The notes below the pieces were generated by a model. It was not told the DNA's origin, made no database searches, and saw nothing but the letters and a program-made list of their open reading frames with translations. From a bacterium (lineage in GTDB: Bacteria; Electryoneota; Tariuqbacteria; Tariuqbacterales; JADHWD01): 51,569 nucleotides of DNA. Both the position numbers and the translations under genes were made by a program. The DNA lies in the NCBI GenBank assembly GCA_016783645.1, contig JADHWD010000001.1:1-51569 (forward strand). Direction: 5' to 3'. Every line of letters starts with the position of its first letter. The first letter of the stretch is position 1. Of the stretch, positions 17,417-25,219 are shown piece by piece.

Positions 17417-17626
17417 GGTTAAGTGGTGAAGTGGTGAAGCGGTGAAGTGGTTAAGTGGTGAAGCGGTGAAGTGGTGAAGTGGTGAAGCGGTGAAGTGGTG
17501 AAGTGGTGAAGCGGTGAAGTGGTGAAGCGGTGAAGTGGTGAAGCGGTGAAGTGGTGAAGTGGTGAAGCGGTGAAGTGGTGAAGTGGTGAAGCGGTGAAGT
17601 GGTGAAGTGGTGAAGCGGTGAAGTGG
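17417..17626. repeat. 26-unit octamer microsatellite GGTGAAGY with 24-nt (T,T,C) super-period
   Basis: Parsed unit by unit. There are 24 ggtgaag[t/c] units and 2 ggttaagt units. It starts 4 nt after the TGA at 17411-17413 and ends 77 nt before ATG 17703. Confidence 0.95.
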
Positions 17627-17702
17627 GATTGATGGTAATTGCGCCATAAGATTGGAGAGAACGGATTTCGCAACGGAATATTTGTACTAAAAAAGGCTTT
17701 TT

Positions 17703-18431
17703 ATGAAGAAATTATCAGATCGAGAGATAGAAGATATTTACAATTTTGTAAAGTCATTCCACGAAAAATTTCTTGAAAAATCAGGAGTAATACTACCAAG
17801 CTTAAGGAAATCTGGTAAATTCACAAAGTCAGCATTGACGCTTGTTTTTCTTGCTAAAGATTATCCTAAAACCAGAATAGTATCGAAAAAGGAAATTACG
17901 GAATTCATTCGTAAATATTATCCTGACACAAATGATGTCCAAGATGCAAGACATCTGGGAATGCAGAAGGGATGGTATATCGCCTCCGGAACTCGAGGAA
18001 ATGGTATAGATGATTTGGGTTACGGTGAATATAAATTAGTGTCATTAGAGGAACCTCATCCGAATTTCAAACTTCATCGCAAAGAAATAGTCGGAGAACT
18101 CAATTGGGATGAGATTAAATCAAAATATGATTTTCGCTGCGCCTCTTGCGGTTCCAAAGAAGGTGAACCTAATTTTCGCTATCCCGGCACTACCACAAAA
18201 TTGACTCAGGGTCATATGGATCCTAATAAACCTTTGACTAAGGATAATACCATCCCGCAATGTGAAAAATGCAACCGCCCGGATAGAAATTACTGGATAT
18301 ATGATAGAAAGGGAAGAGTTATAAAAGTGGCCGATCCTTCCGCAGTCGCTAAGTCTGATGAAAGTGTTAAGTGGAAGATATATAAGATGCTATATAATGA
18401 TTATAGAGGTAAAAATCCCAATGATGAATGA
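17703..18431 (+). CDS. Putative type II restriction endonuclease, HNH (beta-beta-alpha-Me) type
   Basis: 242 aa, low-GC. 'CASCGS ... QGHMDPNKPLTKDNTIPQCEKCN' gives CxxC...H...N...CxxC. It is directly coupled to a DNA methyltransferase gene. Confidence 0.6.
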   Translation: MKKLSDREIEDIYNFVKSFHEKFLEKSGVILPSLRKSGKFTKSALTLVFLAKDYPKTRIVSKKEITEFIRKYYPDTNDVQDARHLGMQKGWYIASGTRGNGIDDLGYGEYKLVSLEEPHPNFKLHRKEIVGELNWDEIKSKYDFRCASCGSKEGEPNFRYPGTTTKLTQGHMDPNKPLTKDNTIPQCEKCNRPDRNYWIYDRKGRVIKVADPSAVAKSDESVKWKIYKMLYNDYRGKNPNDE

Positions 18432-19407
18432 TTATCTTAATCGGGTAATTTGCGGCGATGCGCTGGAGATACTTCCTAAATTTGATCCAAAATCCATCGA
18501 CATCGTACTAACTGATCCGCCTTATTTCTTGGATAAAATGGATAACAATTGGGACCACGAGAAAGTATCGAGTAATAAATATCAACATGCGGTGAAATCT
18601 TTGCCGCCGGGGATGAAATTTGACCGGGAACAGGGCAAACGGTTTTACAAATGGTTTCATAAAGTATCTTTAGAAGTGCATCGTGTCCTGAAACCCGGCG
18701 GATTTTTCTTCTCCTTTTCCAGTCCCAGATTATATCATCGCATGGCTTGCGCAGTCGATGACGCAGGCTTGTTAATAAAAGACTGCTTCATCTGGCTTTA
18801 TACACAAAATCAGGTGAAAGCGATGTCGATTAATCATTTCATCGACAAGATGGATGCAAGCGATGAATTAAAGAATGAACTAAAAGAGCGATTCGCCGGC
18901 TGGAAAACTCCGCAAATAAAATCTTGTTTTGAACCTATATTAATGGCGCAGAAACAGCCGGACGGCACTTTTTTAAATAATATGCGAAAACATAAAATCG
19001 GACTCTTGAATACAAATATCAAGATCGGGAAAAACATGTATCCCGCCAATGTCATGATGATTGACAATATAGATGAAGCGATAGATAAATATTTTCTTAT
19101 CGGCAAACCGGATAAATCCGAGAAAAAGGGATTTAATCACCATCGAACCGTCAAACCCTTGAAAATCTGTCAATATATTATTGAATTGTGCGCTTTTTCT
19201 CCGGAGGCGATTGTCTTAGATCCGTTTGCAGGAAGCGGAACAACGCTGGTAGCAGCAAAGAATTTAAATAAAAATTTCATCGGTATTGACATCAATCAAG
19301 AATATGTCAATCTCGCAGAAAAGAGATTAGGGATGTTGACAGATAACGAAAAAACACTATCAAACCGCCAAGATATTAATACAGTTTTACCGATATTCAA
19401 TCGATAG
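18421..19407 (+). CDS. DNA amino-methyltransferase (N6-adenine or N4-cytosine), beta class
   Basis: Motif IV 'TDPPYF' precedes motif I 'LDPFAGSGTT'. Start placed at ATG 18421, which overlaps the REase stop in ATGATGAATGA. The ORF-track start at 18358 lies inside the REase gene. Confidence 0.85.
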   Translation: MMNDYLNRVICGDALEILPKFDPKSIDIVLTDPPYFLDKMDNNWDHEKVSSNKYQHAVKSLPPGMKFDREQGKRFYKWFHKVSLEVHRVLKPGGFFFSFSSPRLYHRMACAVDDAGLLIKDCFIWLYTQNQVKAMSINHFIDKMDASDELKNELKERFAGWKTPQIKSCFEPILMAQKQPDGTFLNNMRKHKIGLLNTNIKIGKNMYPANVMMIDNIDEAIDKYFLIGKPDKSEKKGFNHHRTVKPLKICQYIIELCAFSPEAIVLDPFAGSGTTLVAAKNLNKNFIGIDINQEYVNLAEKRLGMLTDNEKTLSNRQDINTVLPIFNR

Positions 19408-19415
19408 ACTAATAG

Positions 19416-20828
19416 ATGGCCCGTTTACTTTTTTTACAGGAAGTCGCCTTCGAGTATGTCGGTGTGATGTGCCTTTCGGCTTATATTAAAAGCCGGGGGC
19501 ATCAATGTGATATATTAATCGAAAGTGAAGAAGGCAAAGATTTTTGGGCGAAGGTGAAAGATTATAAACCTGACGCAGCGGCGTTCTCGGCCATGACCGG
19601 TTCTCATGTGCACTACCTGCAGATGGCGGCTCAAGTCAAAGAGAAGCTCGATGTCCCGATTATATTTGGCGGACCGCACGCCACTTTCTTCCCGGAAATG
19701 ATAGAATCTCCGGTGATTGACGCAGTATGCCGCGGCGAAGGCGAAGAAGCGGTTGTCGATTTCCTCAACGCTGTCGAAAACGGCGGGGATTTTTCCGCTA
19801 TACCCAACCTTTGGACTAAACAGAATGGTGTGATAATCAGAAACGATGTCCGATGCGGCGAAAACCAGCTCGATAACTATCCTCCCGCCGACAGAAGCAT
19901 CTATTATAAATACAAATACCTGCGGAATTATCCCACTAAACCTTTCATCACCGGGCGCGGCTGTCCCTACCTTTGCACTTTCTGCTTCAACCGCGATTTC
20001 AATCAGATGTACCGGGGTAAAATGAAGATACTCCGCCGGATTTCACCCCAGAATGTCATCGCCGAAATAACCGGCTGTAAAGCGAAATATCCTTTGAAGA
20101 AAATTTTTTTTAACGATGATATTTTCATAATGCAGAAAGACTGGCTGGAGGAGTTTGCCCCGTTATATAGAAAGGAAATCGGAATACCCTACGCCTGCAA
20201 TGTGCGGGCGAATTTAGTCGATGAAGACCGGGTGAAATTATTGAAAGAATCGGGATGTTACTTAGTGATGTGGGGCATTGAATCGGGCGATGAAAAACGC
20301 CGGCGGGAAATTTTAGGCAAGAATATCTCCGATGAGCAGATTCGCAAAGCGGCGGCGCTGTTCCGCCAGTACGGCATCAAGATGAAAAGCTTCAATATCA
20401 TGGGCAGCCCGGGCGAAACTTTGGAAGAAGCGGTTAAAACTATCAAACTCAACGCCGAAGTCAAAATCGATTATCCCTGGTGCAGTATCCTCCAGCCTTA
20501 TCCCCGCACCAAAATCGCCGAAATCGCTGAGGAACAAGGCGTCCTCAAGAAAGATTATTCCTTAGATGATATGCACAAATCCTTCTTCGCCAACAGCGTA
20601 TTGAATCAGGGAGAAATGATACGGATTGAACGCCTGCAGAAATTGTTCTATTTAGGAGTGAAACTGCCCGGGCTGATTCCCTTGTTCACCTGGATGACCA
20701 AATATCCGTTAGGACTGCTGTTCAAACTGCTGTTCGGAACTTCGTTCCTTTACCGCTTCGCCCGGGAAGTGGATATACCGCTGTATAAGGCGGTGCTGTT
20801 CGCCCTGAGGCATAGGAAGAGTTATTGA
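19416..20828 (+). CDS. Class B radical SAM protein, subfamily B, paralogue 2
   Basis: 470 aa; 'FSAMTG..IFGGPHATF', cluster motif 'CPYLCTFC', 'GIESGDE'. Confidence 0.85.
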   Translation: MARLLFLQEVAFEYVGVMCLSAYIKSRGHQCDILIESEEGKDFWAKVKDYKPDAAAFSAMTGSHVHYLQMAAQVKEKLDVPIIFGGPHATFFPEMIESPVIDAVCRGEGEEAVVDFLNAVENGGDFSAIPNLWTKQNGVIIRNDVRCGENQLDNYPPADRSIYYKYKYLRNYPTKPFITGRGCPYLCTFCFNRDFNQMYRGKMKILRRISPQNVIAEITGCKAKYPLKKIFFNDDIFIMQKDWLEEFAPLYRKEIGIPYACNVRANLVDEDRVKLLKESGCYLVMWGIESGDEKRRREILGKNISDEQIRKAAALFRQYGIKMKSFNIMGSPGETLEEAVKTIKLNAEVKIDYPWCSILQPYPRTKIAEIAEEQGVLKKDYSLDDMHKSFFANSVLNQGEMIRIERLQKLFYLGVKLPGLIPLFTWMTKYPLGLLFKLLFGTSFLYRFAREVDIPLYKAVLFALRHRKSY

Positions 20829-20865
20829 GATATGTGATATTAGATATTTGATATGTGATATTTTT
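20829..20865. repeat. Heptamer tandem repeat GATATKW x5, starting on the base after the stop codon
   Basis: gatatgt gatatta gatattt gatatgt gatattt; the same unit follows the unrelated gene ending at 47038. Confidence 0.9.
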
Positions 20866-20993
20866 GTTCTGCAGAGTCCCCGCAGTCTGCAGCATCTTAA
20901 CCGTTCCGGCAGGTCCTGCACGCTTAAGGCGGGTGTGACCTGCCGGTATCCCCCGGTTTTTTTGTGGTGTCGACTCTCCGCAGTTGACACCAT
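20866..20993. repeat. Hairpin mosaic array 3
   Basis: ccggcaggtc...gacctgccgg (20906-20946) is the inverted counterpart of 10381-10421. gtggtgtcgac tctccgca gttgacaccat (20964-20993) is the inverted counterpart of 42959-42988. Confidence 0.85.
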
Positions 20994-21088
20994 TTCATAA
21001 AATAACAATATGTTAAGATGTAATAATCATTGCTTCATTAAAAGTTAACACAGAATACAGGTATTAATTTCGATGAAAGGAGAACAAT

Positions 21089-21262
21089 ATGCAGGGAATT
21101 CAATATTTAGTCGATGAAAGCGGCAAAAGAACCGCAGTACAAATTGATTTGAAGGAATGGGGAGAATATTGGGAGGACATCTATGACATTCTTGTTTATT
21201 ATTCCAGAAAAGACGAGCCGGAAATATCATGGGATGAAGTTAAAAAGAAAATGGAAACCTAA
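21089..21262 (+). CDS. Small antitoxin-like protein (57 aa), orphan paralogue of 22225..22413; absent from the supplied ORF track
   Basis: Hand translation gives MQGIQYLVDESGKRTAVQIDLKEWGEYWEDIYDILVYYSRKDEPEISWDEVKKKMET. GGAG upstream of the ATG. Collinear with MQGVKYLIDENGKKTAVQIDLKVWGEIWEDFYD... Confidence 0.65.
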   Translation: MQGIQYLVDESGKRTAVQIDLKEWGEYWEDIYDILVYYSRKDEPEISWDEVKKKMET

Positions 21263-21282
21263 TAAAATACAGGATAACTATA

Positions 21283-21504
21283 ATGTTCAAATTCACCGCC
21301 TATATTGAACGCGACCCGGAAACCAGGTACTATGTCGGGATCGTCCCCGGCATCCCCGGCGCGCATACACAAGCAGAATCATTAGATGAGCTGCAGGAAA
21401 ACCTCAAAGAGGTAGTGGAGTTATGCCTCGAAGAGATGGATGTTGAGGATAGAAACACACTGCCGGAATTCATAGGCATCCAACAAATGGAAGTTGCATT
21501 ATGA
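21283..21504 (+). CDS. hicB: HicB-family antitoxin
   Basis: 73 aa; 'FTAYIERDPETRYYVGIVPGIPGAHTQAESLDELQENLKEVVELCLEE'; ATGA overlap with the downstream hicA. Confidence 0.8.
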   Translation: MFKFTAYIERDPETRYYVGIVPGIPGAHTQAESLDELQENLKEVVELCLEEMDVEDRNTLPEFIGIQQMEVAL

Positions 21505-21725
21505 CCAAACTTCCGGTTATTTCCGCTGATAAAATGGAAAAAGTGATTCTTTCTTTAGGATTCAAAAAGATCCGGCAGAAGGGAAGCCACATCTTCTACC
21601 ATCATCATGATGGGAGAACTACTACTATTCCGCATCATAAAGGCAAAGTTCTGTCTCGCCCGCTTATCCGCGAAATCCTTCGCGAGATTGAGATTAGCAT
21701 AGATAGCTTTATCAAATTACTTTAA
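21501..21725 (+). CDS. hicA: HicA-family mRNA interferase toxin
   Basis: 74 aa; 'GFKKIRQKGSHIFYHHHDGRTTTIPHHKGKVL' HicA signature. Confidence 0.8.
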   Translation: MTKLPVISADKMEKVILSLGFKKIRQKGSHIFYHHHDGRTTTIPHHKGKVLSRPLIREILREIEISIDSFIKLL

Positions 21726-21735
21726 TTTTGAGGCT

Positions 21736-21797
21736 CTATTTGTCCCTTTTTCACCATCCAAAACTATAAAACTGTTGATCACCATCGTCGACACCAA
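21736..21797 (+). repeat. Decayed duplicate of the GT2 gene 5' end (left copy of a ~62-nt direct repeat)
   Basis: ctatttgtccctttttcaccatcc..aaaactgttgatcaccatcgtcgacacca aligns with 22688-22750 ctatattgtcccttttcctccatcc..aaaactgtcgataaccatcgtcaacacca. The left copy has in-frame stops. Confidence 0.75.
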
Positions 21798-21991
21798 TGA
21801 AAGTTAGAGATATTATTAAACTTCTCAAATCGGATGGCTGGTATCTTGTCGCTTTCAAAGGAAGCCATCGGCAATATAAACATCCTTATAAAAAAGGGAG
21901 AGTCACGATTGCCGGTAAATTAAACTATGATTTGCCAATTGGAACATTAAACAGCATTTATAAACAAGCTAAGATTGATAAGGAGAAATAA
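21797..21991 (+). CDS. hicA: HicA-family toxin
   Basis: 64 aa; 'DGWYLVAFKGSHRQYKHPYKKGRVTIAGK'. Confidence 0.8.
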   Translation: MKVRDIIKLLKSDGWYLVAFKGSHRQYKHPYKKGRVTIAGKLNYDLPIGTLNSIYKQAKIDKEK

Positions 21992-21993
21992 TA

Positions 21994-22203
21994 ATGCACA
22001 GATATTTAGTTATCATAGAGAAAGCGGATAATAATTATGCCGCTTATGTGCCCGACCTGCCCGGCTGCGCCGCTGCCGGCAAGACTGTTGAAGAAACCGA
22101 AAAATTCATCCGCAAAGCTGTCCAACTGCATATCAAGGGAATGAAGGAAGATAATTTGCCAATTCCCGAAGCTTCAACTGTAGCGGAATATATTGTTGTT
22201 TAA
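21994..22203 (+). CDS. hicB: HicB-family antitoxin
   Basis: 69 aa; 'YLVIIEKADNNYAAYVPDLPGCAAAGKTVEETEKFIRKAVQLHIKG'. Confidence 0.8.
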   Translation: MHRYLVIIEKADNNYAAYVPDLPGCAAAGKTVEETEKFIRKAVQLHIKGMKEDNLPIPEASTVAEYIVV

Positions 22204-22224
22204 AACTTATCAAGGAGACGCAAA

Positions 22225-22413
22225 ATGCAAGGCGTTAAATATTTAATCGATGAAAACGGAAAAAAAACCGCCGTTCAAATCGACCTGAAAGTTTGGGGCG
22301 AAATTTGGGAAGATTTTTACGATGTTATGATAGCCCTTTCCAGAAAAGATGAACCGGACCTTCCCTGGGAAGAAGTGAAAAAAGAAATTGAAGCGGATAG
22401 TGGAAAAGTATAG
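22225..22413 (+). CDS. Small antitoxin partner of the downstream RelE/ParE toxin
   Basis: 62 aa; overlaps the toxin gene; paralogue at 21089. Confidence 0.6.
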   Translation: MQGVKYLIDENGKKTAVQIDLKVWGEIWEDFYDVMIALSRKDEPDLPWEEVKKEIEADSGKV

Positions 22414-22675
22414 ACTATTCATAAAGCCTTCGGCAAGGAAGGAATTATTAGGTCTGCAGAAAGATGTTAAAACAAGAGCCCAGCTTATCATTGATACTCT
22501 GTCAGAACAGCCTCGTCCACGAGGATATAAGAAATTATTTGGATATACTAACCTTTATAGAATCAGAATAGGTAGTTATCGGATAATTTACGAGATTGAG
22601 GACTCCGTGAAGACAGTAAGAATTTTGGCTGTTAAACATAGGAAAGATGTATATAAATCCATCTATTTTCAGTAA
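22388..22675 (+). CDS. RelE/ParE-family toxin
   Basis: 'YRLFIKPSARKEL...PRPRGYKKL.G..NLYRIRIGSYRIIYEIEDSVKTVRILAVKHRKDVY'. The start is uncertain (ATG 22388 or GTG 22400). Confidence 0.8.
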   Translation: MKRIVEKYRLFIKPSARKELLGLQKDVKTRAQLIIDTLSEQPRPRGYKKLFGYTNLYRIRIGSYRIIYEIEDSVKTVRILAVKHRKDVYKSIYFQ

Positions 22676-22692
22676 AATATAGGAAAACTATA

Positions 22693-23670
22693 TTGTCCCT
22701 TTTCCTCCATCCCCAATCGAAAAAACTGTCGATAACCATCGTCAACACCAGCGAGAAGCATTTCACCATCCCCTGCATTCAGTCAGTGTATGACGAGACT
22801 AAAGATACCGATTTTGAGATAATCGTCACCGACAACAATTCCAAAGACGGTTCGGTCGAAGCTATCCGGGAAAAATTCCCGGAGGTGATTATCATCGAAA
22901 ACAAGAAGAACGCGGGTTTCACCGAAGCCAATAATCAGTCGATAGTTATCGCCCGGGGCGAATATATCTTCTGCCTCAATCCTGACTGCAAAGTGTTGAA
23001 CGGCGCTGTCGACAAGATGGTGAAATACCTGGACGAACATCCAAAAGCGGGGATACTGGGTTCCAAACTGCTGAACGGTGATATGACACTTCAGCCTTCC
23101 GCCCGCAATTTCCTGTTCACTAGAAATCTGCTGGCTCAACATATGATACCTTGGAAGATACTACCCCATAGGTGGGCGGGAAGATTAGTGCTGGAATACT
23201 GGGATCATGATGAGCCCCGGGTGGTGGATTGGATCATCGGGGCATCATTGATGATCCGGCGGAAATGCTTAGAAGATATCGGTCTGAAGGACCAGCGCTA
23301 TTTCATCTTCCACGAAGACAATGACTGGTGCTGGCAGGCTCACACCAAAGGCTGGCAGACCCATTTTTTACCTCAAGCGGAAATCATCCACTACGGTTCT
23401 CAGACGGTTAAAAGCATCTGGGGGAACAAACTGACGCTGGAAGTGTACAAGGCTCAGCATACTTTCATCCGCAAGAACCGGGGCGAAACAGCATTATTAA
23501 GACACCGGATTTTAATATCCTGCCTGATTTTAATCAGGATGTTATTCACTAATATCCTGCGGCTTCTGGGCAAAGTGGATAAGGAGAAATACAGGATATC
23601 GATGGATTTTCACAACGAAGCGTTGAAGATACAGATGAATCCGCCGGGAGAGGCGGCGAGGTTAGAATAA
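22693..23670 (+). CDS. Glycosyltransferase family 2
   Basis: 325 aa, TTG start; 'LSITIVNTSEK...FEIIVTDNNSKDGSVEAI...NAGFTEANN' GT2 N-terminal fold and 'HEDNDWC'. Confidence 0.8.
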   Translation: MSLFLHPQSKKLSITIVNTSEKHFTIPCIQSVYDETKDTDFEIIVTDNNSKDGSVEAIREKFPEVIIIENKKNAGFTEANNQSIVIARGEYIFCLNPDCKVLNGAVDKMVKYLDEHPKAGILGSKLLNGDMTLQPSARNFLFTRNLLAQHMIPWKILPHRWAGRLVLEYWDHDEPRVVDWIIGASLMIRRKCLEDIGLKDQRYFIFHEDNDWCWQAHTKGWQTHFLPQAEIIHYGSQTVKSIWGNKLTLEVYKAQHTFIRKNRGETALLRHRILISCLILIRMLFTNILRLLGKVDKEKYRISMDFHNEALKIQMNPPGEAARLE

Positions 23671-23696
23671 TCAATTATTTCCAAAGGTAAATTGTT

Positions 23697-23897
23697 ATGG
23701 ATTTATTAATAGAAGAGAAAGAATTTGTCAGAATTTCCCGTAGTCTATGGGAATGGGCTCGGAATCGGCCGGAATACCATGATTTAATTGAAGATTTGGA
23801 AGATTTGGAACATATCGCACAGGCTCGCGCTGATAAAGAAGATTCAATATCACTGGAAGATTATCATAGTCAGCGAATTGGAAAAGAAAAAATATAA
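23697..23897 (+). CDS. Small acidic antitoxin partner of the downstream RelE/ParE toxin
   Basis: 66 aa; overlaps the toxin ORF; no family recognised. Confidence 0.55.
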   Translation: MDLLIEEKEFVRISRSLWEWARNRPEYHDLIEDLEDLEHIAQARADKEDSISLEDYHSQRIGKEKI

Positions 23898-24147
23898 TGT
23901 CATTATTAATCCTGCAGCCAGGCGCGATTTGGATAAACTGCGATTCGAGGACTATAAAAGAATTTACACCGCGATGAAAAATCTTGAAGATATCCCTCGT
24001 CCGCCCGGATGCATAAAATTGGCTGGAGGAGTGAACGAGTTTCGCATCATAATCGGAAAGTTCAGGGTATTGTATGATGTATCGGACAAGAGCGAATCTG
24101 TAACAATTTATCGAATTTTGCCTCGTGATAAAGCATATAAAAGATAA
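23878..24147 (+). CDS. RelE/ParE-family toxin
   Basis: 'YNVIINPAARRDLDKL...IPRPPGCIKLAGGVNEFRIIIGKFRVLYDVSDKSESVTIYRILPRDKAY'. Start placed at in-frame TTG 23878. The ORF-track start 23788 lies deep in the antitoxin gene. Confidence 0.75.
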   Translation: MEKKKYNVIINPAARRDLDKLRFEDYKRIYTAMKNLEDIPRPPGCIKLAGGVNEFRIIIGKFRVLYDVSDKSESVTIYRILPRDKAYKR

Positions 24148-25219
24148 AGTACTCATTTTTAGAAATCAAGGCATCGGCGACCTTATCTTGATTACACCGG
24201 CGATCAGAGCAATCCGGCATCTGCACCCGGAAGCGCATATATCCGTCTTCACCGGTGATTGGTCGAAAAGTTCAGTGGAAGGTAATCCTCACATATATGA
24301 GATTATCTCCTATCCCGACCCTTGGATTCAGAATAAAAAGCTTTTCAGGATATTGCAGTTGACAGCGAAACTTCGGCGGAAAAGATTCGACCGGGTCTAT
24401 ATCTTCCATTCTCATGATATTTTACAATTGCTCACGCTGTTATCCGGGATACCGGAAAGGTACGGATTTTCATTCGAAGGGACAGGCCGCTTCATTCAGC
24501 ATAAAACTCAATGGGAGCCCAATTCACAGCGTTATATCGCCGATAACTACCTGGATATTCCCCGTCTGGCGGGATATAACGGCGATGATCTTTCTTTGGA
24601 ATACTATTTGTCCCAGGAAAATGAAGCGGAAGCGGAAGGGATAATCAGCGGTAACGATATTGATAAGGATAATTTCGTAGTCATAGCTCCCGGCGGCGGC
24701 ATCAATCCCCGCCAGGATGTGTTTGAAAAACGCTGGGGAGCGGATAAATTCGCCCGCCTGGCGGAATTATTGCATGAAGAGTTCGATTGTTCCATCATAC
24801 TTATAGGAGCTAAAGCGGAGAAGGAGATATGCGGTATAGTAAAAAATAAATCTGCCGTTAAAGTTGTAAATCTGTGCGGCGAAACTAACTTTAAAGTCTC
24901 AGCGGCTTTAGTTAAAAAATCGAAAATGCTGATTAGTAACGATTCCGGAATAATGCACACCGCGGTCGCATTTAAGAAGCCCAGCGCGGCAGTCTTTGGG
25001 CCTTCCAATCCCTATTCCCTGCTGCCGCAGAACAATATCAACCGCTGGGTGTCATCAGGTATTGACTGCAGCCCCTGCTATTGTAACAGTATCTTTAAAG
25101 GCTGTGATAGAAATCTCGCCTGTATGAAAGAATTATCCGCGGAAAAAGTATTTGAAACTGTTAAGGAATTATGGATTGAACAATATTCCCAAATACAGCG
25201 TAGTCATACCGTCTTATAA
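24125..25219 (+). CDS. Glycosyltransferase family 9 (heptosyltransferase-like)
   Basis: 364 aa, GTG start overlapping the RelE 3' end; 'VLIFRNQGIGDLILITPAIRAIRHLHPEAHISVFT' and 'ISNDSGIMHTAVAFKKPSAAVFGP'. Confidence 0.8.
   Translation: MIKHIKDKVLIFRNQGIGDLILITPAIRAIRHLHPEAHISVFTGDWSKSSVEGNPHIYEIISYPDPWIQNKKLFRILQLTAKLRRKRFDRVYIFHSHDILQLLTLLSGIPERYGFSFEGTGRFIQHKTQWEPNSQRYIADNYLDIPRLAGYNGDDLSLEYYLSQENEAEAEGIISGNDIDKDNFVVIAPGGGINPRQDVFEKRWGADKFARLAELLHEEFDCSIILIGAKAEKEICGIVKNKSAVKVVNLCGETNFKVSAALVKKSKMLISNDSGIMHTAVAFKKPSAAVFGPSNPYSLLPQNNINRWVSSGIDCSPCYCNSIFKGCDRNLACMKELSAEKVFETVKELWIEQYSQIQRSHTVL

Noticed and set aside
17255-17673. Two long minus-strand ORFs (130 and 84 aa) encoding 'SPLHHFT(A/T)' repeats
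   Set aside because: They are read-through of the 26-unit octamer microsatellite, whose 24-nt super-period keeps a frame open. One also overlaps the DUF1848 gene in antisense. There is no start context and no protein-like composition outside the repeat.
18358-18420. Upstream extension of the methyltransferase ORF (track start 18358)
   Set aside because: It lies entirely within the REase coding region and adds 21 non-homologous residues. ATG 18421 gives the usual short N-terminus before 'DPPY' and a typical 4-11-nt operon overlap.
23788-23877. Upstream extension of the second RelE/ParE ORF (track start 23788)
   Set aside because: It overlaps two-thirds of the antitoxin gene in another frame. 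RelE-family similarity begins at 'KKYNVIINP'. In-frame TTG 23878 gives the normal ~89-aa toxin size.
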